Source of the DNA: Minutocellus sp. GHC0000111
Lineage: Eukaryota
Length of the DNA stretch: 64,000 nt
Reading direction: 5' to 3'
NCBI GenBank assembly: GCA_977018835.1
Contig: OZ361260.1
Coordinates: 1,426,001-1,490,000 of the forward strand
Shown: piece after piece, positions 47,581 through 60,096 of the stretch
Layout: each line of letters starts with the position of its first letter
Numbering within the stretch: position 1 is the first letter of the stretch
Translations under genes and position numbers: made by a program
Notes under the pieces: model-generated
The model's database searches: none
Seen by the model: only the letters and a program-made list of their open reading frames with translations
What the model was told of the DNA's origin: nothing

Positions 47581-48099
47581 GCTGCTCGCTTCCGCTCCTC
47601 CTCTCTACCTCCTGCCGTTATCTCTACGAGGTCGCGGACAGCATTTTCGGGGACCCGTTTTTTTTCGCAAACGCAGAACACGCGCCACAAAATCACGCCA
47701 ACAATTCAAATAAATGAACTACCGATGCCATCCATCTTGCTGCTGCTATTGACTTGCTTGCACCGTAGCTGACAATAATTGTTTCATAAGCAGCACGTAG
47801 CTCTGATATTGCTGTTGTTGGCTCATTTGCCTCACAAGTATCTGCGATCTCCGTGTCGACTTTCAGCCGACACGATCGTCCCTCTCAATGAATGATCCAT
47901 CGCATTGGCCCGGTTTCCTCGGTGCCCCTTCCATGTGAATTGCCAGGTGTCACGAGCACCATTCCGTTGAATGTCGCCTCGGCGCGTTTCGGTGGACGCG
48001 CTGGACTGAAGATGTGTCCCTTTGGAGCATCCATGAGCATGGAAGCTTCTTGAAGCGCCAGTCGGCAGAAGTTGCCCAGTCTATTTGTGGTAATTGCTT

Positions 48100-48258
48100 G
48101 GTCGTCGAGCTTCAAATGCAGGGGAATGATTTCGACAGCGTCCCATCGAACATGTGTGACACATGCGAGACGACAGCGAGAATGGCGACGGCGTGCTTGA
48201 GGTGTGTGTGTCTGACTGCGAGGAGGAGGTTGGTTTTGTGCGTGCTGCACTGAGTGTT
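48100..48258 (+). pseudogene. Degenerate remnant of an LRR gene 3' end
   Basis: VELQMQGNDFDSVPSNMC...VSDCEEEV parallels VELQIQGNDFDSVPPSIC...VSDCDEV at 49830-49983. Confidence 0.7.
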
Positions 48259-48842
48259 TATAACACTCAGTTTGGTGCAAAGACTGCCCTTTCCTGCTGT
48301 GTACATGTTACTCTACCTACCAGTAATTTTTTTATTCATGTCACGGGCAAAAATGCACATGCCAGCAGATGCACGGTGCATGTGTCATTCATCAGCATCA
48401 TCCTGCTCTCTACCGGTACTAGAGACTTCATGTAGACTCTACATGACATGTAGATCTACCGGTATGTACACACCGGTATTTTATTCATTACCGGTAGATC
48501 TACGTTCAGCGGGATGCACGAAGATGCAAAGAGCATGCGCAGAATTGCAGAATGAGAGCCGATGAAAAAGAGAGCTCAGCAGTTTCCGTGATGCGTGGTG
48601 CCACGTGGCGAATTGGAGAAAGACCCCGAACGGCATTGCATGCACAAGATGACGACCGTAGCGTAGCTGGACACACGTGGACATGCAACGCACGCAGGCC
48701 CAGCACTGGAAGCAACGTGGGCTCGAGGCACACAACGACAAGCGTTGGACACTGCGTAATACATCTGCTGCAAAGCGTAACACTGTTCTAGCCTAGCTAC
48801 ATATCGTTAGAGCATTCAGATTATTTGATACCAAACAAAAAA

Positions 48843-49983
48843 ATGAAATCCGACCAAGCCGGTTCTGCCGAGCACAAAACCGGCGGTAGCGGCGGCGGTG
48901 GCGATCGGGACGACGACGACGACGAGTGCAACAAGCGGGCCGCGGGAAGAGCAGCAGCAGCTGCTGCTACTAGTAACCGGGAAGACGAGGAAGAGAAGGA
49001 GCAGGAGGAGGAAGAGAAGGAGGAGGAACCAGCACAAGACGGCATGCCCACCAAAGCCGCCGCCGCCGCGCACAGCACCGCCGCCAACACGACTACCGCC
49101 GCCGGCATCAGCCGGGAGACGGTGGTTTCCGGCTTCGCCCCCAGCCGCCGCCGCCGCAGCTCCACCGGTGCCGGCTCTGGCAGCACCATGTCCCGGCCCG
49201 GCGCCTACCGCGTCCCCGGCATTGGCATTGGCATTGGCAGTGCAGGCAGCAGGGCCGGTGGCAGCAGCGACGTCGCTGCGCCTCCTTCCGCCGACAACGG
49301 TGGTGGTGGCAGCACAACCGTCGATGCCGAGGACTTCGCCGACGACGTCCACTGGGTCGAGGCCATGACGGTACCCGTGGCGCCGCCGGAATGGCTGCAC
49401 GCAGTAGCAGCGCCGGCGGATGCGTCGCAGTCGCAGTCGCAGTCGCTCCCTTCCTCTACTGGAAGATATTTGGACGAAGGACACGCAGCTTGGGGGTCCA
49501 TTCCCGAGCGCGTTTCACCCAGAAAGCAGAATCGGATCAATAAGGGCAGGGAATTCCCCTTTTACAGGAAACGTGCCAATTGAAATCTGGTCACTGAGTT
49601 TACGAGAATTAGAGATTTACAATACAACAATGACTGGAAGTCCCATTCCTGATGTTCTGCCGGAGGGAAACAATGCTGGGCAGATGAGTGTGTTGACATT
49701 ATCAGGCAATGCCTTTTCGGGGACTTTGCCTTCCGTTATTGGTTCCTTTCAGAGCCTTACAAAGCTGTTGCTTCAGGACAATGCCTTTAGTGGCGATGTC
49801 CCGTCTGGGTTGAGCAGTCTCGAATCCCTCGTCGAACTTCAGATACAGGGGAATGATTTCGATAGTGTCCCGCCAAGCATTTGCAATCTACGCAATGCGA
49901 GTGAAGGAGGCATGCTAGAAACATATGTGTCTGACTGCGACGAGGTTGGTTGTACGTGCTGCACTGAATGTTCGGAACAGTGA
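48843..49983 (+). pseudogene. LRR protein with an apparent internal deletion: low-complexity PGAY N-terminus joined out of frame (near 49455) to C-terminal LRRs
   Basis: SRPGAYRV motif; LTLSGNAFSGTLPS, LLLQDNAFSGDVP, CTCCTEC; no TM or N-cap in between. Confidence 0.65.
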
Positions 49984-50115
49984 TGAATCTAAGATGTAGC
50001 TGCCGGTAAGTCCTTACAAGCCGATCGTAATCAGAGGGATCCCTATTACTCAGAAAAAATAAATATGCATATATGATTTTAAATACGATCGTACTTCCAA
50101 CGGTTCACTACGTAG

Positions 50116-50734
50116 TCAACTAGGTGGCGTCCAAGGGACTGCCATACACAATATGTTTTCGCCTGTACTCTTGGGTTTCCCCACATTGCTTCGTCTTTGA
50201 GCCGCCGCAATGGCAGCTGCCGGTGCGGGGATGACACTTGTCCCGACAGTCCCCGTTGTTCCGCTTGCAGCTTCTTCGATGGCAGCCAAAACTCCGTCAT
50301 ATTCATTGATATGGTATCGCCAGGCCAAACCCAGATCTTTGCCAAAAACCTTTGGTCGTCTGGCGCCCTTGATGAGTTCAACAGGGGTCTTTCCATTCTT
50401 GTTCTTCATTGTAAGCACAGATTGCCTTCCCCGCGCTTTGCCATCGGCATCCAATAGGCTGTAGGCGGTAATCAGATCCATACCGGCCTCACATCCCAAA
50501 TGCAGTGGCGTGTCGCCCCGTACATCTCGAATGCGAGCTTGGAAAGGTCCGACGCGGATTAGCTCTATGAGCATTTCGCTTGGTGCGCCATTCTCAATGG
50601 CGTAATGTAGGGGTGTTCGATTGTGTTCGTTCAAGGTTTTTGAGGAGCGTTTCATTGCTGGAAGCAAGGAGCTTGCTCCACTCCGATGCCTTGGCATAGG
50701 TGTGCAGATCAGTTCCGCCAAACTTGCCTTCCAT
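50116..50734 (-). pseudogene. Ankyrin-repeat protein; +1 frameshift in an A run near 50640 (could be a read error)
   Basis: MEGKFGGTDLHTYAK...LL then KTLNEHNRTPLHYA, GDTPLHLGC, GKTPVEL. Confidence 0.65.
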
Positions 50735-51198
50735 TTTTCACACTATCAAGGGGTTCTTCACTATGTTGACCCGATTTCCCGTTCGACAAGGCAGTGCTGG
50801 CCTTAGATTCGATGCGCTAAAATCGAGATTCGTTGTGGCGCAACTTTGAGAATGAGAGCTTATTTGGCGAGATGTAAATTAGGGAATAAAATTCGGCAAG
50901 AAAAGGCGCGGCTGATATATTGATAGGCCGGGGGACAGGAGGAGCATGTTGAAGCCACTGATACGTGACTTGCTATGACTTCTTCGCGTTACATACGAGC
51001 AATTTGATCTCATGGTTGTGGCACGCACGTGGTTTCGGTTTGAGCGTCGTCGGCGATGTGAGTTTCGGCGATGTTTTGGAGGTCATTGGTAATGTGGAAG
51101 GCACGGCGTTGTTCATCCATCTCTCGCCGCCTCTCTCGGCAAAAAGCAAAAGCGGCCGTTGGGCTGTCGGTCGGTGAGACACCAATGGTATTGCTGAG

Positions 51199-51594
51199 AT
51201 GACCCGGTCTTCGTCCTTGATAGCGGCCTCACTATCATGCTTATTTTTCAACACATACGTTACCGCATTTAGCTCGAGCCGCTCGGTGCTGCCGCTGATG
51301 CGGCGAGGGGATGTGAGCCCTGCTGCTACGAGTGCGTTGTGGTCCGGTACTCAAAAGGACGAAGATGAAGGAGAAGCAATCGACAAACCGAGTGCAAATG
51401 GAAGCGATGTTGACTCGCAGTACCAGCCTCCCAAGCACACATCGTCGTTTCTCGAGCATTTGGAGTCGGTCCGATCGGGTTGGCCCGACACTGATGGATC
51501 AAGCAAAGAGGGAGTTGACTGCACGGGCGAACCATCAGTCGATCCATCTCGGACGATGCAAGCGGCAGAGACAGACGACAGCAACTGGATGTAA
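51199..51594 (+). CDS. Small hypothetical protein with a plastid-type bipartite presequence
   Basis: Hydrophobic signal ending VTA-F, then an S/R-rich transit-like segment. Confidence 0.55.
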   Translation: MTRSSSLIAASLSCLFFNTYVTAFSSSRSVLPLMRRGDVSPAATSALWSGTQKDEDEGEAIDKPSANGSDVDSQYQPPKHTSSFLEHLESVRSGWPDTDGSSKEGVDCTGEPSVDPSRTMQAAETDDSNWM

Positions 51595-51714
51595 TAGGTT
51601 GCATTTATGTATAATATATGTTAGGAAATCCTATTCGTTTCATTGATCTCGCAATTATAACAAGAGGCGAAAAGCTGAGAGCAAAGCGTGAAGTAACTCA
51701 AATAAATAGATAGC

Positions 51715-52750
51715 TCATGAAAATTGTGGCAGGTTGGTCGTTTGCGGCTTCTCCTCATCTTCGTCGTCGTCATCATCATCCTCATCGTCGTCGTCATCAT
51801 CGTCATCCTCCACCATTGCCGAATAGTCAAGCACCAGCTTGAGGAGATAACCAAAGAGAGCCACATTGAGACATATGATGAGGAACCACGTCAACTTCTT
51901 GGCTGCGAAGAGGGCACAGATGATGAACAGACCAAATACCCCTCCAAAGGCCATGTACAGCGTCTTGGTCGGTACGGCATCAACCGCGGCAGTTCGCTTC
52001 TCCACGCCAGTGGGGTCGGCCAACAGAGCATCGGCCTTCTCGGTAATCTTGCGCCGCTTCTTGATGATGGTGGCCAACATCCCCCCGGCAAAGGCCGACA
52101 TGGCCAAGAGGAGGATGACATCAGAGCCATTCCACCAGCTTCGCCCGGCACCCTTCTCCTTGGACAGGCGCTTGCACTTCATCCCGCACTTCTCCTTGAG
52201 GGACCAAACCTTGCTGCACAATGGCGCGCTGATCTGCTTGTTCTCGTAGTACTTGTCGTCTACCTCGTCGTCGTTGACGTCCATCCAGATGACGCACTGC
52301 TGGCACTGCTGGAAGGGGATCTGAATATCCGAAATGTCAATGTTGGCATCGTCCATCCCGGCGGCATTTTTGGAGGGAGTCTCGCAGGTATTGTCGGAGT
52401 AGATGTTGACGGCCAGCTGATGGCGGTCGGTGTCGTCGCAGCCGGCCATGACGTAGTAATCCACGCCATTGACGGCCTTGTACGTGCATTCCGAGTACAC
52501 CGACTCGGCGGGCAGCTCGTAGTCCTCGTTGCCCATGTCGATCTGATTGGCCTCGACTTGCTGCAGGTAGGCCTGAAGGAAGTACTGGACGGGGACGTAG
52601 TACGTGCCGAGGGGGCTGTTGGAGCATTGCTTGTACCCGTTCTCGAATACAGAAAACACCACGACGTCCTGTCCACCCATGGTCACGCACGATTTGGGCA
52701 GAACGGCGTATCCGTCCCAGTACTTGATGTAGTCGTGCCGATTCCTGCCC
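51715..52750 (-). pseudogene. Silicanin-1-like membrane protein, 5'-truncated (no signal peptide or RXL site)
   Basis: Cys pattern and motifs GTYYVPVQYFLQAY, YYVMAGC, NIYSDNTC, CQQC, LCSKVW..KEKC; TM segments; acidic tail. Confidence 0.55.
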
Positions 52751-52751
52751 G

Positions 52752-52991
52752 CTGTACATTCCAGGCAAAGCATCCAACGCCGGAGGTGTCGGTGTCAGCG
52801 GTCTCGAGATGTCGCAGAACGCGGTGCGCCTCCAGTGGAAACCGGAGGAGGTTGATGGAAAGCTTCAGGATATGATGGCAAGTATTTTTGAGCAGATGGA
52901 GTCGTCGGGCGACTCTCTCGAAAAGGGAGCAAATCGTGCAGGATTTCTCAAGGTAGCCAAGGCAATGAAGGAATTGGGCTGGGTCAGCTAA
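52752..52991 (+). pseudogene. gdhA: C-terminal fragment of NAD(P)-specific glutamate dehydrogenase
   Basis: LYIPGKASNAGGVGVSGLEMSQN...EEVDGKLQDMM...GANRAGFLKVAKAM. Confidence 0.9.
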
Positions 52992-53266
52992 ATAAAAAGG
53001 GACTTGACTTATCGGTGAATGAATTGCAGTAGAACGCATCATAGATTGGGCATAGACTTATGTACAGCAGACAACAGCAACAGTAGATGCAGCAAATATC
53101 TCAGCCGTCAGAGAGAAATTCACATCTCGGCCGCTCCAAGAAGATGTTTGCTGGATAGAGATCGCAGTAATACATAGACTAGAGATTGTATACATTGATC
53201 CAACAATTATCTCTTTCTAGCTTTTATCTCTTTCTAGCTTCTATAGAGACATAGATCTAGCTAGAC

Positions 53267-54610
53267 TATTATTATGGTGGTGGTGTCGTCCCGCTAAGTA
53301 TAGCTTAAATCTATCTATCATAATGAAAAGTTAGAACCAAATCCAATTGGATAGGTAGCTGCATTTGCATCAGTAAGAACGAATATCAATAACATAAAAA
53401 AACAAGATCGCAATTGTAAACTTTGTAGGGTGAGGTGGGGATCAGCATTTGTAGATCTACTCGAGGTCACAGTCTCTCCAAGCGTTGGGATTGTTGGCCG
53501 GTACGAAGCCTTCGAAGGTAGCTGCCAGATTAAGTCTGGCTGATTGGCTCCTGGTAGTTCTTCGCGGTGCGGGTACTTCTGTGTCGTCTTCGACCGTTGC
53601 TATTACTGATGCTACTGTAGCATTAGTAAGAGCATTGATCATGGGGGACATGGTAGCACGCTCGGTACTCTGAGTCGAACGGGGAGACAATTCGTTGACG
53701 GCTACTTCTATGTCATCGGCAGTAAACGGCTCTGTGATGACGGTGGTATCGTTGGTAGTAATGAGGGAACATTGGGCATATGTTGGACCATGGCGGAATT
53801 CACAACTGTTGCAGAAGGGAGGTCGGCTGAGAGGGGAGAGGCACGGCGGGCCGAGGCAATCTACGCATCGACAGTTCCCGCAGATTGCAGGGCCCTGATC
53901 GTTGCTCGGTGTCGATGGCTCGACAGCGACGACGGTTCGAGATCGTCTCGGTGGAATCTGCCCTGGTATCGTTGGCTTGAATGTAGTATATGAGCCAGGA
54001 TCGAGTCCAAGATACTTCTCCATTATTGATGGCCAGGCCTCTGATTGCACTAATTGGAATAGCGGGTAGATTCGAGGGGTGACGGTGATGGTGCCAGCTC
54101 GTTTGATGTACGGAGCCTTCGCTGCTACTCCTCTTTCGAGGAACGAGGCTTCTCCGATACGTCTCAAGCTGTCGGTGTGGGAGTGGCCAATCGTCTTGAG
54201 CGGCTTCGAGTCTCGATGGTATGCTCTGCCGTACAACCAACAGCCAAAGAGAAGTCGAGGACATCGGGTGAAGTCCATGTACGACAGCTTCTCGATCCAG
54301 CGGGCTCGACGAAGGTCCATAGTTTGGATGATGTCTTGGACCTGGCACATTTCCAAGATTCTGATCCTGGAGATTTTGTGCATGACGTTGATCTTGAGGA
54401 TGGACCGGAGACAACGAAACTGAAAGACTCGTAGAGCTTGAACCTCCTTCGACTGTATCGCCCAGCTCTCACAACCCCAAAGAAGTATATTGACGACGAT
54501 GGCCTTGTAGAAACGCATTCGTAGCTCAAACGGTACCCTGGCGTTGGACCAGAAGGTGGCCTTGGCCGATCCAAAGAGCTTGTTGGCCGATTTGATGCGA
54601 GCCTCGACGT
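53267..54610 (-). mobile_element. 5'-truncated non-LTR retrotransposon (LINE, RTE-like); ORF C-terminus ends at 53457
   Basis: Post-RT region VEARIKSA...FYKAIVVNILLWGCESW...FQFRCLRSILKI...RRARW; 3' UTR ends in CACCACCACCATAATAATA. Confidence 0.8.
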
Positions 54611-55036
54611 ATTATGATATATGACAAATTGAATAACTAGATCTACTATGCAATAGATCTATGGTCGAAGGAATGGATCTAGATCTAAATGTGTGTACAA
54701 TAGCGAACATATTACCGGTACATGACATGCTGTAGAGTCTACCATTGGTAGAATAGCTTCTACATACATGTAGTCTACCGTGATTACCTAGGTACCTAGG
54801 TACCTAGGTACGGTAAGCAATCGCAGCTACGCGAAATCTGATCACGGAAAGACACTTCTGTTTGAGGAGTGGCCAAAAGATCCGATCTTTACTGCTTCCT
54901 TCGCTTTTGCAAATCCATCATCAAGAAGATCGCGCATCTATCGAAGAAACAGAACCTCCGCTTCAAGCCACTCCAGAACCAATTGGTCAAACATATTAAC
55001 TAATAATTGATAAAAACAATCCATTCCAAGGGCGAC

Positions 55037-58000
55037 ATGATTCTCTCGGCAGCTACCCGAGCCCTTCTTCGACCGGCTGGCCGCGGGAGCTGCGGCGCCA
55101 GCAGCAGCGCCCGGAGCCTCGCGGTCCGTCGCACCATCACTTCCTCTGCTTCCGTCTTTTCTTCCTCGACCACCCTATCTTCCGGCGGCGGTGCTCGCCG
55201 ATTCAAATCGGCCGAACCCCTTGCAGTTGACAATGATTTCTCTCCCACCACCTCTCACGCCCCCGAGGCACCTGGGGGACTATTCGAGGACCGTCCTTTC
55301 AATAAGATCATGGCGGCGAATCGAGGAGAGATTGCAACACGCATTATGCGCGCATGTGCCGAGCTCGGCGTGCCAAGCGTCGGAATCTACTCGCACGAAG
55401 GTATGTAGATAACATCAGTTATGCCCTTTTGGAAAAACATTTGTTGTGGTTGGCATCATGGGCCTTGTGTTGGTTCCTGGACCCTTCGCAACGATGATGA
55501 AGTGCAACGGCACTTATTGAAAGATTCGTTTTGATGCCCCATTTGACAAGCGAAAGAGAATTCGCAACTTGCCGGCAGGTCATGGCCGGCGAGAGCTTAT
55601 TTTAACATGTCATGAAGTGGGTGCATTCCATCGTTTTGTCTTGATTGCATTCAATGCGCGCATTCACTCACTTATCCTGCGTCTTCGAATTGATGCTTCA
55701 CTCTTTGCATGCAGACCGATTCACCCAGCATCGCTACAAGGCCTTCCTCCTCAACAAGGACAAGGCCCCAGTAGCCGCTTATCTGGACATCGACTACATT
55801 GTCAAGATATGCAGGGACAATGGAGTTGAAGGTAAGTTGGGGGTGTTGCATTGTGAAGTGTCCATAGCATAACTTTGACGATTTATCCCGTGCCAATCTT
55901 ATTGCATTATCATTTATTGTTGCACGATTACCTACGCATCATGTCTTGCCTTTTACAACACAAAACTAACAACTCATTGCGTGCAACTATATTTCAATTA
56001 CATGTACCTCCCGCCCGAACAATCTTCAAAGCCGTTCATCCCGGATATGGACTGCTCAGTGAAAACGCCGACTTTGCCCAGGCACTGAATGATAACGGCA
56101 TTGTCTTTATTGGCCCTACCGTCGATAACCTTCGCAATTTTGGAGACAAGACCACGGCAAAGGAAATGGCGATTGCTCAGGGTGTTCCTGTGATTGCTGG
56201 ATCTGATGATGCATTTGCCTCGGTGGAGGAAGCTCGGAAGTGGATTGAGGATCCTGCCAACAACTGCGAATATCCAGTCATTGTAAAGGCGGCGATGGGC
56301 GGTGGCGGCAGAGGCATTCGCATCGTCCCGACTCCTGCCGATCTCGAGCCGCAGTTCAAGCAGGCTGCCAACGAAGCCCTCAACGCATTTGGCGACGGGC
56401 GCATGTTTGTCGAGAAATATGTCGAGACTCCACGTCATATTGAGGTCCAATGTTTGGGTGATGGAACTGGTGAGGTGATTCACCTATGGGATCGTGATTG
56501 CAGCGTTCAGCGTCGTCATCAAAAGATCATCGAGACGGCACCCTCCATGGGCCTGACCGATGAGACCCGGAATGCCATGCTCAATGATGCATGCCGTTTG
56601 TTGGCTGCCGATAACTACCGCGCTGCCGGTACAGTCGAGTTTTTGGTTGATAAGAATGGGAAGCATTACTTTATGGAGGTCAATCCTCGTGTCCAGGTAT
56701 GTTTGTACTCGAGGGGTGGATTTTTGCTCGAAGTTCCCGTCTATTGATGCTATGCAGTGCTGGGACCCTACCGGAACTGGTAATGACTCTCGGATTTGGT
56801 TGATAAGAATGGGAAGCATTACTTTATGGAGGTCAATCCTCGTGTCCAGGTATGTTTGTACTCGAGGGGTGGATTTTTGCTCGAAGTTCCCGTCTATTGA
56901 TGCTATGCAGTGCTGGGACCCTACCGGAACTGGTAATGACTCTCGGATTTGGTTGATAAGAATGGGAAGCATTACTTTATGGAGGTCAATCCTCGTGTCC
57001 AGGTATGTTTGTACTCGAGGGGTGGATTTTTGCTCGAAGTTCCCGTCTATTGATGCTATGCAGTGCTGGGACCCTACCGGAACTGGTAATGACTCTCGGA
57101 GAGTCGAGTCCAACCCAACTTTCATTCATTCTGCTGGTGTACTAACTTGTTTTTGTTCCTTTGAACTACAATTGTACTCATAACAGGTGGAACACACTAT
57201 CACCGAGGAGATTACGGGAGTGGACATTGTACAGTCCACGATGAAGCTTGCGAGCGGTAAAACGCTGAAGGAGCTTGGTCTGACGCAGGACTCCATCCCA
57301 GAGCCGATGGGCTATGCTATGCAGTGCCGCGTAACCACCGAGAACCCAGCTCATGACTTCCGCCCAGATACGGGCACCATCGATGTCTTCCGAATGCCCG
57401 CTGGCATGGGCCGTCTTGACGACGGTCCTGGATTCGCCGGCGCAAAAATTACTCCTCATTATGATTCTCTACTTGTCAAGATCACTGCTAAGTCTCAGAA
57501 GAGGAAGGATGCTGCCGCCAAACTTGTCCGCGCGCTTCGGGAGTTTCGTGTGCGAGGAGTAGCTACCAACAAGAGCTTCCTCCTTCATGTCCTGGAAAAT
57601 GAGGAGTTTTTGAGCGGCGTCGTCGACACTGGCTTCATCGCCGCCAACCCTCATCTCCTCGAACCATTGAAGGAGAAGGACCGAGCTCAAAAGCTCCTTC
57701 ACTACATTGGCGAGGTCATCGTCAATGGCACCCCCAAGAGCCTGGGTGCCGTTGGAGCCCCACCGTCCGTCACCGACCCGATGGTTCCCGTCCTGGAACC
57801 CAAGCCCAAGACCAAGACCTCTCTCAAGGAAACCTTTGACAAGGAGGGCCCCGAGGCATTCGCCAAGGCTGTCCGCGCCAACGAAGGATTGCTTATCACC
57901 GACACCACATGGCGCGATGCTCATCAGTCCTTATTGGCCACTCGCATGAGGACCGTCGACATGTTAAATATTGCCGAAGCAAATAATGTCGCTCTTATTC

Positions 58001-60096
58001 GCTGGAAAATTGGGGCGGGGCCACCTTCGATGTATGCATGCGATTCCTTAGGGAGTGTCCCTGGGACCGCCTCGCCAACATGCGCGAAGCAGTGCCTGAC
58101 ATTCCCTTCCAGATGCTCCTCCGTGGCGCCAATGCAGTAGGGTACACTTCCTACCCTGACAACGTCGTCTACGAGTTCTGCAAGCTGGCGAAGGACACTG
58201 GAATGGACGTCTTCCGTGTCTTTGACTCGCTCAACTATCTTGAGAACATGAAGCTTGGCATTGATGCTGTCGGTCAGGCCGGTGGCATTGTGGAAGCCGC
58301 CGTGTGTAAGTTCTCGTTTGATGAATGTCGTCTGTTTCTTGTTGTGTCATTGATTCCGATTATGACTAACAGCTCACTAATTATTTTATCTTTTCTTTCG
58401 AACCAAACAAAGGTTACACCGGCGATGTTTCTTGTCCCGATCGAGGCATGTACGACCTCGAGTATTATCTCGGCTTCGTGCGAGAGCTTGAGGCGCAGGG
58501 CATCCATGTTCTTGCCATCAAGGACATGGCTGGCCTTTTGAAGCCCGAGGCTGCTCACATGCTCGTGAGCGCCATCCGTGCGGAGCATCCGGATCTCCCC
58601 ATCCACGTGCACACCCACGACACCGCTGGCACCGGTGTGGCCTCGATGATTGCCGCCGCCAAGGCTGGCGCCGATGCGGTCGATGCTGCAATGGATGCCA
58701 TGAGCGGCATGACTTCTCAGCCTTCTCTTGGCGCGCTCGTTGCTAGCACTGCGGGCGGTGATCTAGACACCGGCATGACCCTGGAGGAAGTCTCGAAGGT
58801 CAACGAGTACTGGGAGGAGTGCAGAGGTCTCTACGCTCCGTTTGAAAGCGGCCAGAAGAGCGGTAGTGCCGATGTGTACATCCATGAGATGCCAGGGTAA
58901 GACTTTGTTTTTTGCTTGTTAATGTTATGGACGATTTCTATGCTTGCAACCGCTCACCAATCCCATCGCATCACATCCTTCTTGATTTATTTTTACCTCT
59001 CAGTGGCCAATACACGAATCTCCTGTACCAATCTTCTCAGCTCGGTCTTACCGGCCAGTGGTCTGCTGTCAAGGAGAGCTACGCTGTCGCCAATAGTCTA
59101 CTTGGCGACATAATCAAGGTCACCCCATCGAGCAAGGTCGTGGGCGACATGGCCCAGTTTTTGGTAGCCAATAACCTGACTGAGCAGGAAGTCATCGATC
59201 AGGCCGAGACCCTATCCTTCCCGAAGAGTGTCATCGAATACTTCCAAGGATATTTGGGCATTCCTCCGTTTGGATTCCCGGAGCCACTTCGTTCTCGCGT
59301 CGTCAAGGGCCAGACCATCCCCGGTACCAACAAGTCGTGCTTCTCTGGACGTCCCGGCGCCGACATGCCTCCCATGGATCTTGCCGCTGAGAAGAAGAAG
59401 CTTGAGGAAAAGTGGGGACCAGGGTCGCCCAATGATTCGCACAACCACGTCATTCGCAATGTCGATGTAATGTCGCATGCCATGTATCCAGCGGTCTATG
59501 ACGGTGAGAAAAGAGACTGTTGACACCTTTCTATCCATGTTATGCATGCTTTCATTTAATGCTCACGCATTTCCATTCATTTCATTTATTTGTATCCTCT
59601 ATTGTTAGAATACATGGAGCATCTCACCGAGTTCGGCCAGCTCAACTACGTCGACACCCGAACATTTTTGACCGGCATGAAGGTGGGCCAAGAGCTCACT
59701 GTCACTTTGGAGCCCGGAAAGCAGCTTGTGGTCAAGCTGATCGGCGTTGGCGAGCCGAATGAGGATGGCATCGTCAACATCCAATTCGAGCTGAACGGCC
59801 AGCCTCGCATGGCCCACGTCAAGGACAAGTCCGTCGGCGGCGAAGTCAAGGCCCGGTCAAAGGCCCTCAAGGATGTCGTCGGTAGCGTTGGTGCTCCAAT
59901 GCCCGGCGTCGTTCTTGAAACCAAGGTAAACAAGGGCGACAAGGTCAAGCATGGCGACCCTCTTGTGTCTTTGAGCGCGATGAAAATGGAGACGCTCGTG
60001 TCGGCTCCCTGCGATGGCACCGTTAAAAATATCGAAGTGACTGCGGGAGATCAGATTGAAGCTGGAGATTTGATTGTTGAAATCGACGAGAGTTAG
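55037..60096 (+). pseudogene. PC: Pyruvate carboxylase (mitochondrial-type presequence), multi-exon, with small deletions, a frameshift near 57996 and an internal triplication
   Basis: [73 protein letters not shown] biotin motif. Confidence 0.93.
56642..57100. repeat. Perfect 3 x 153-bp tandem repeat spanning a PC exon end and 5' splice site
   Basis: Units start at 56642, 56795 and 56948. Confidence 0.97.

Noticed and set aside
51724..52875. 383-aa plus-strand ORF
   Set aside because: Antisense to the silicanin-like gene and not in the GDH frame.
53260..54620. TATTAT as the LINE target-site duplication
   Set aside because: Short and overlaps the (TAA)n tail, so it cannot be told from chance.
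56642..57100. CRISPR-like array or repeat-protein ORFs
   Set aside because: No spacers; it is a plain tandem triplication of exon plus intron.
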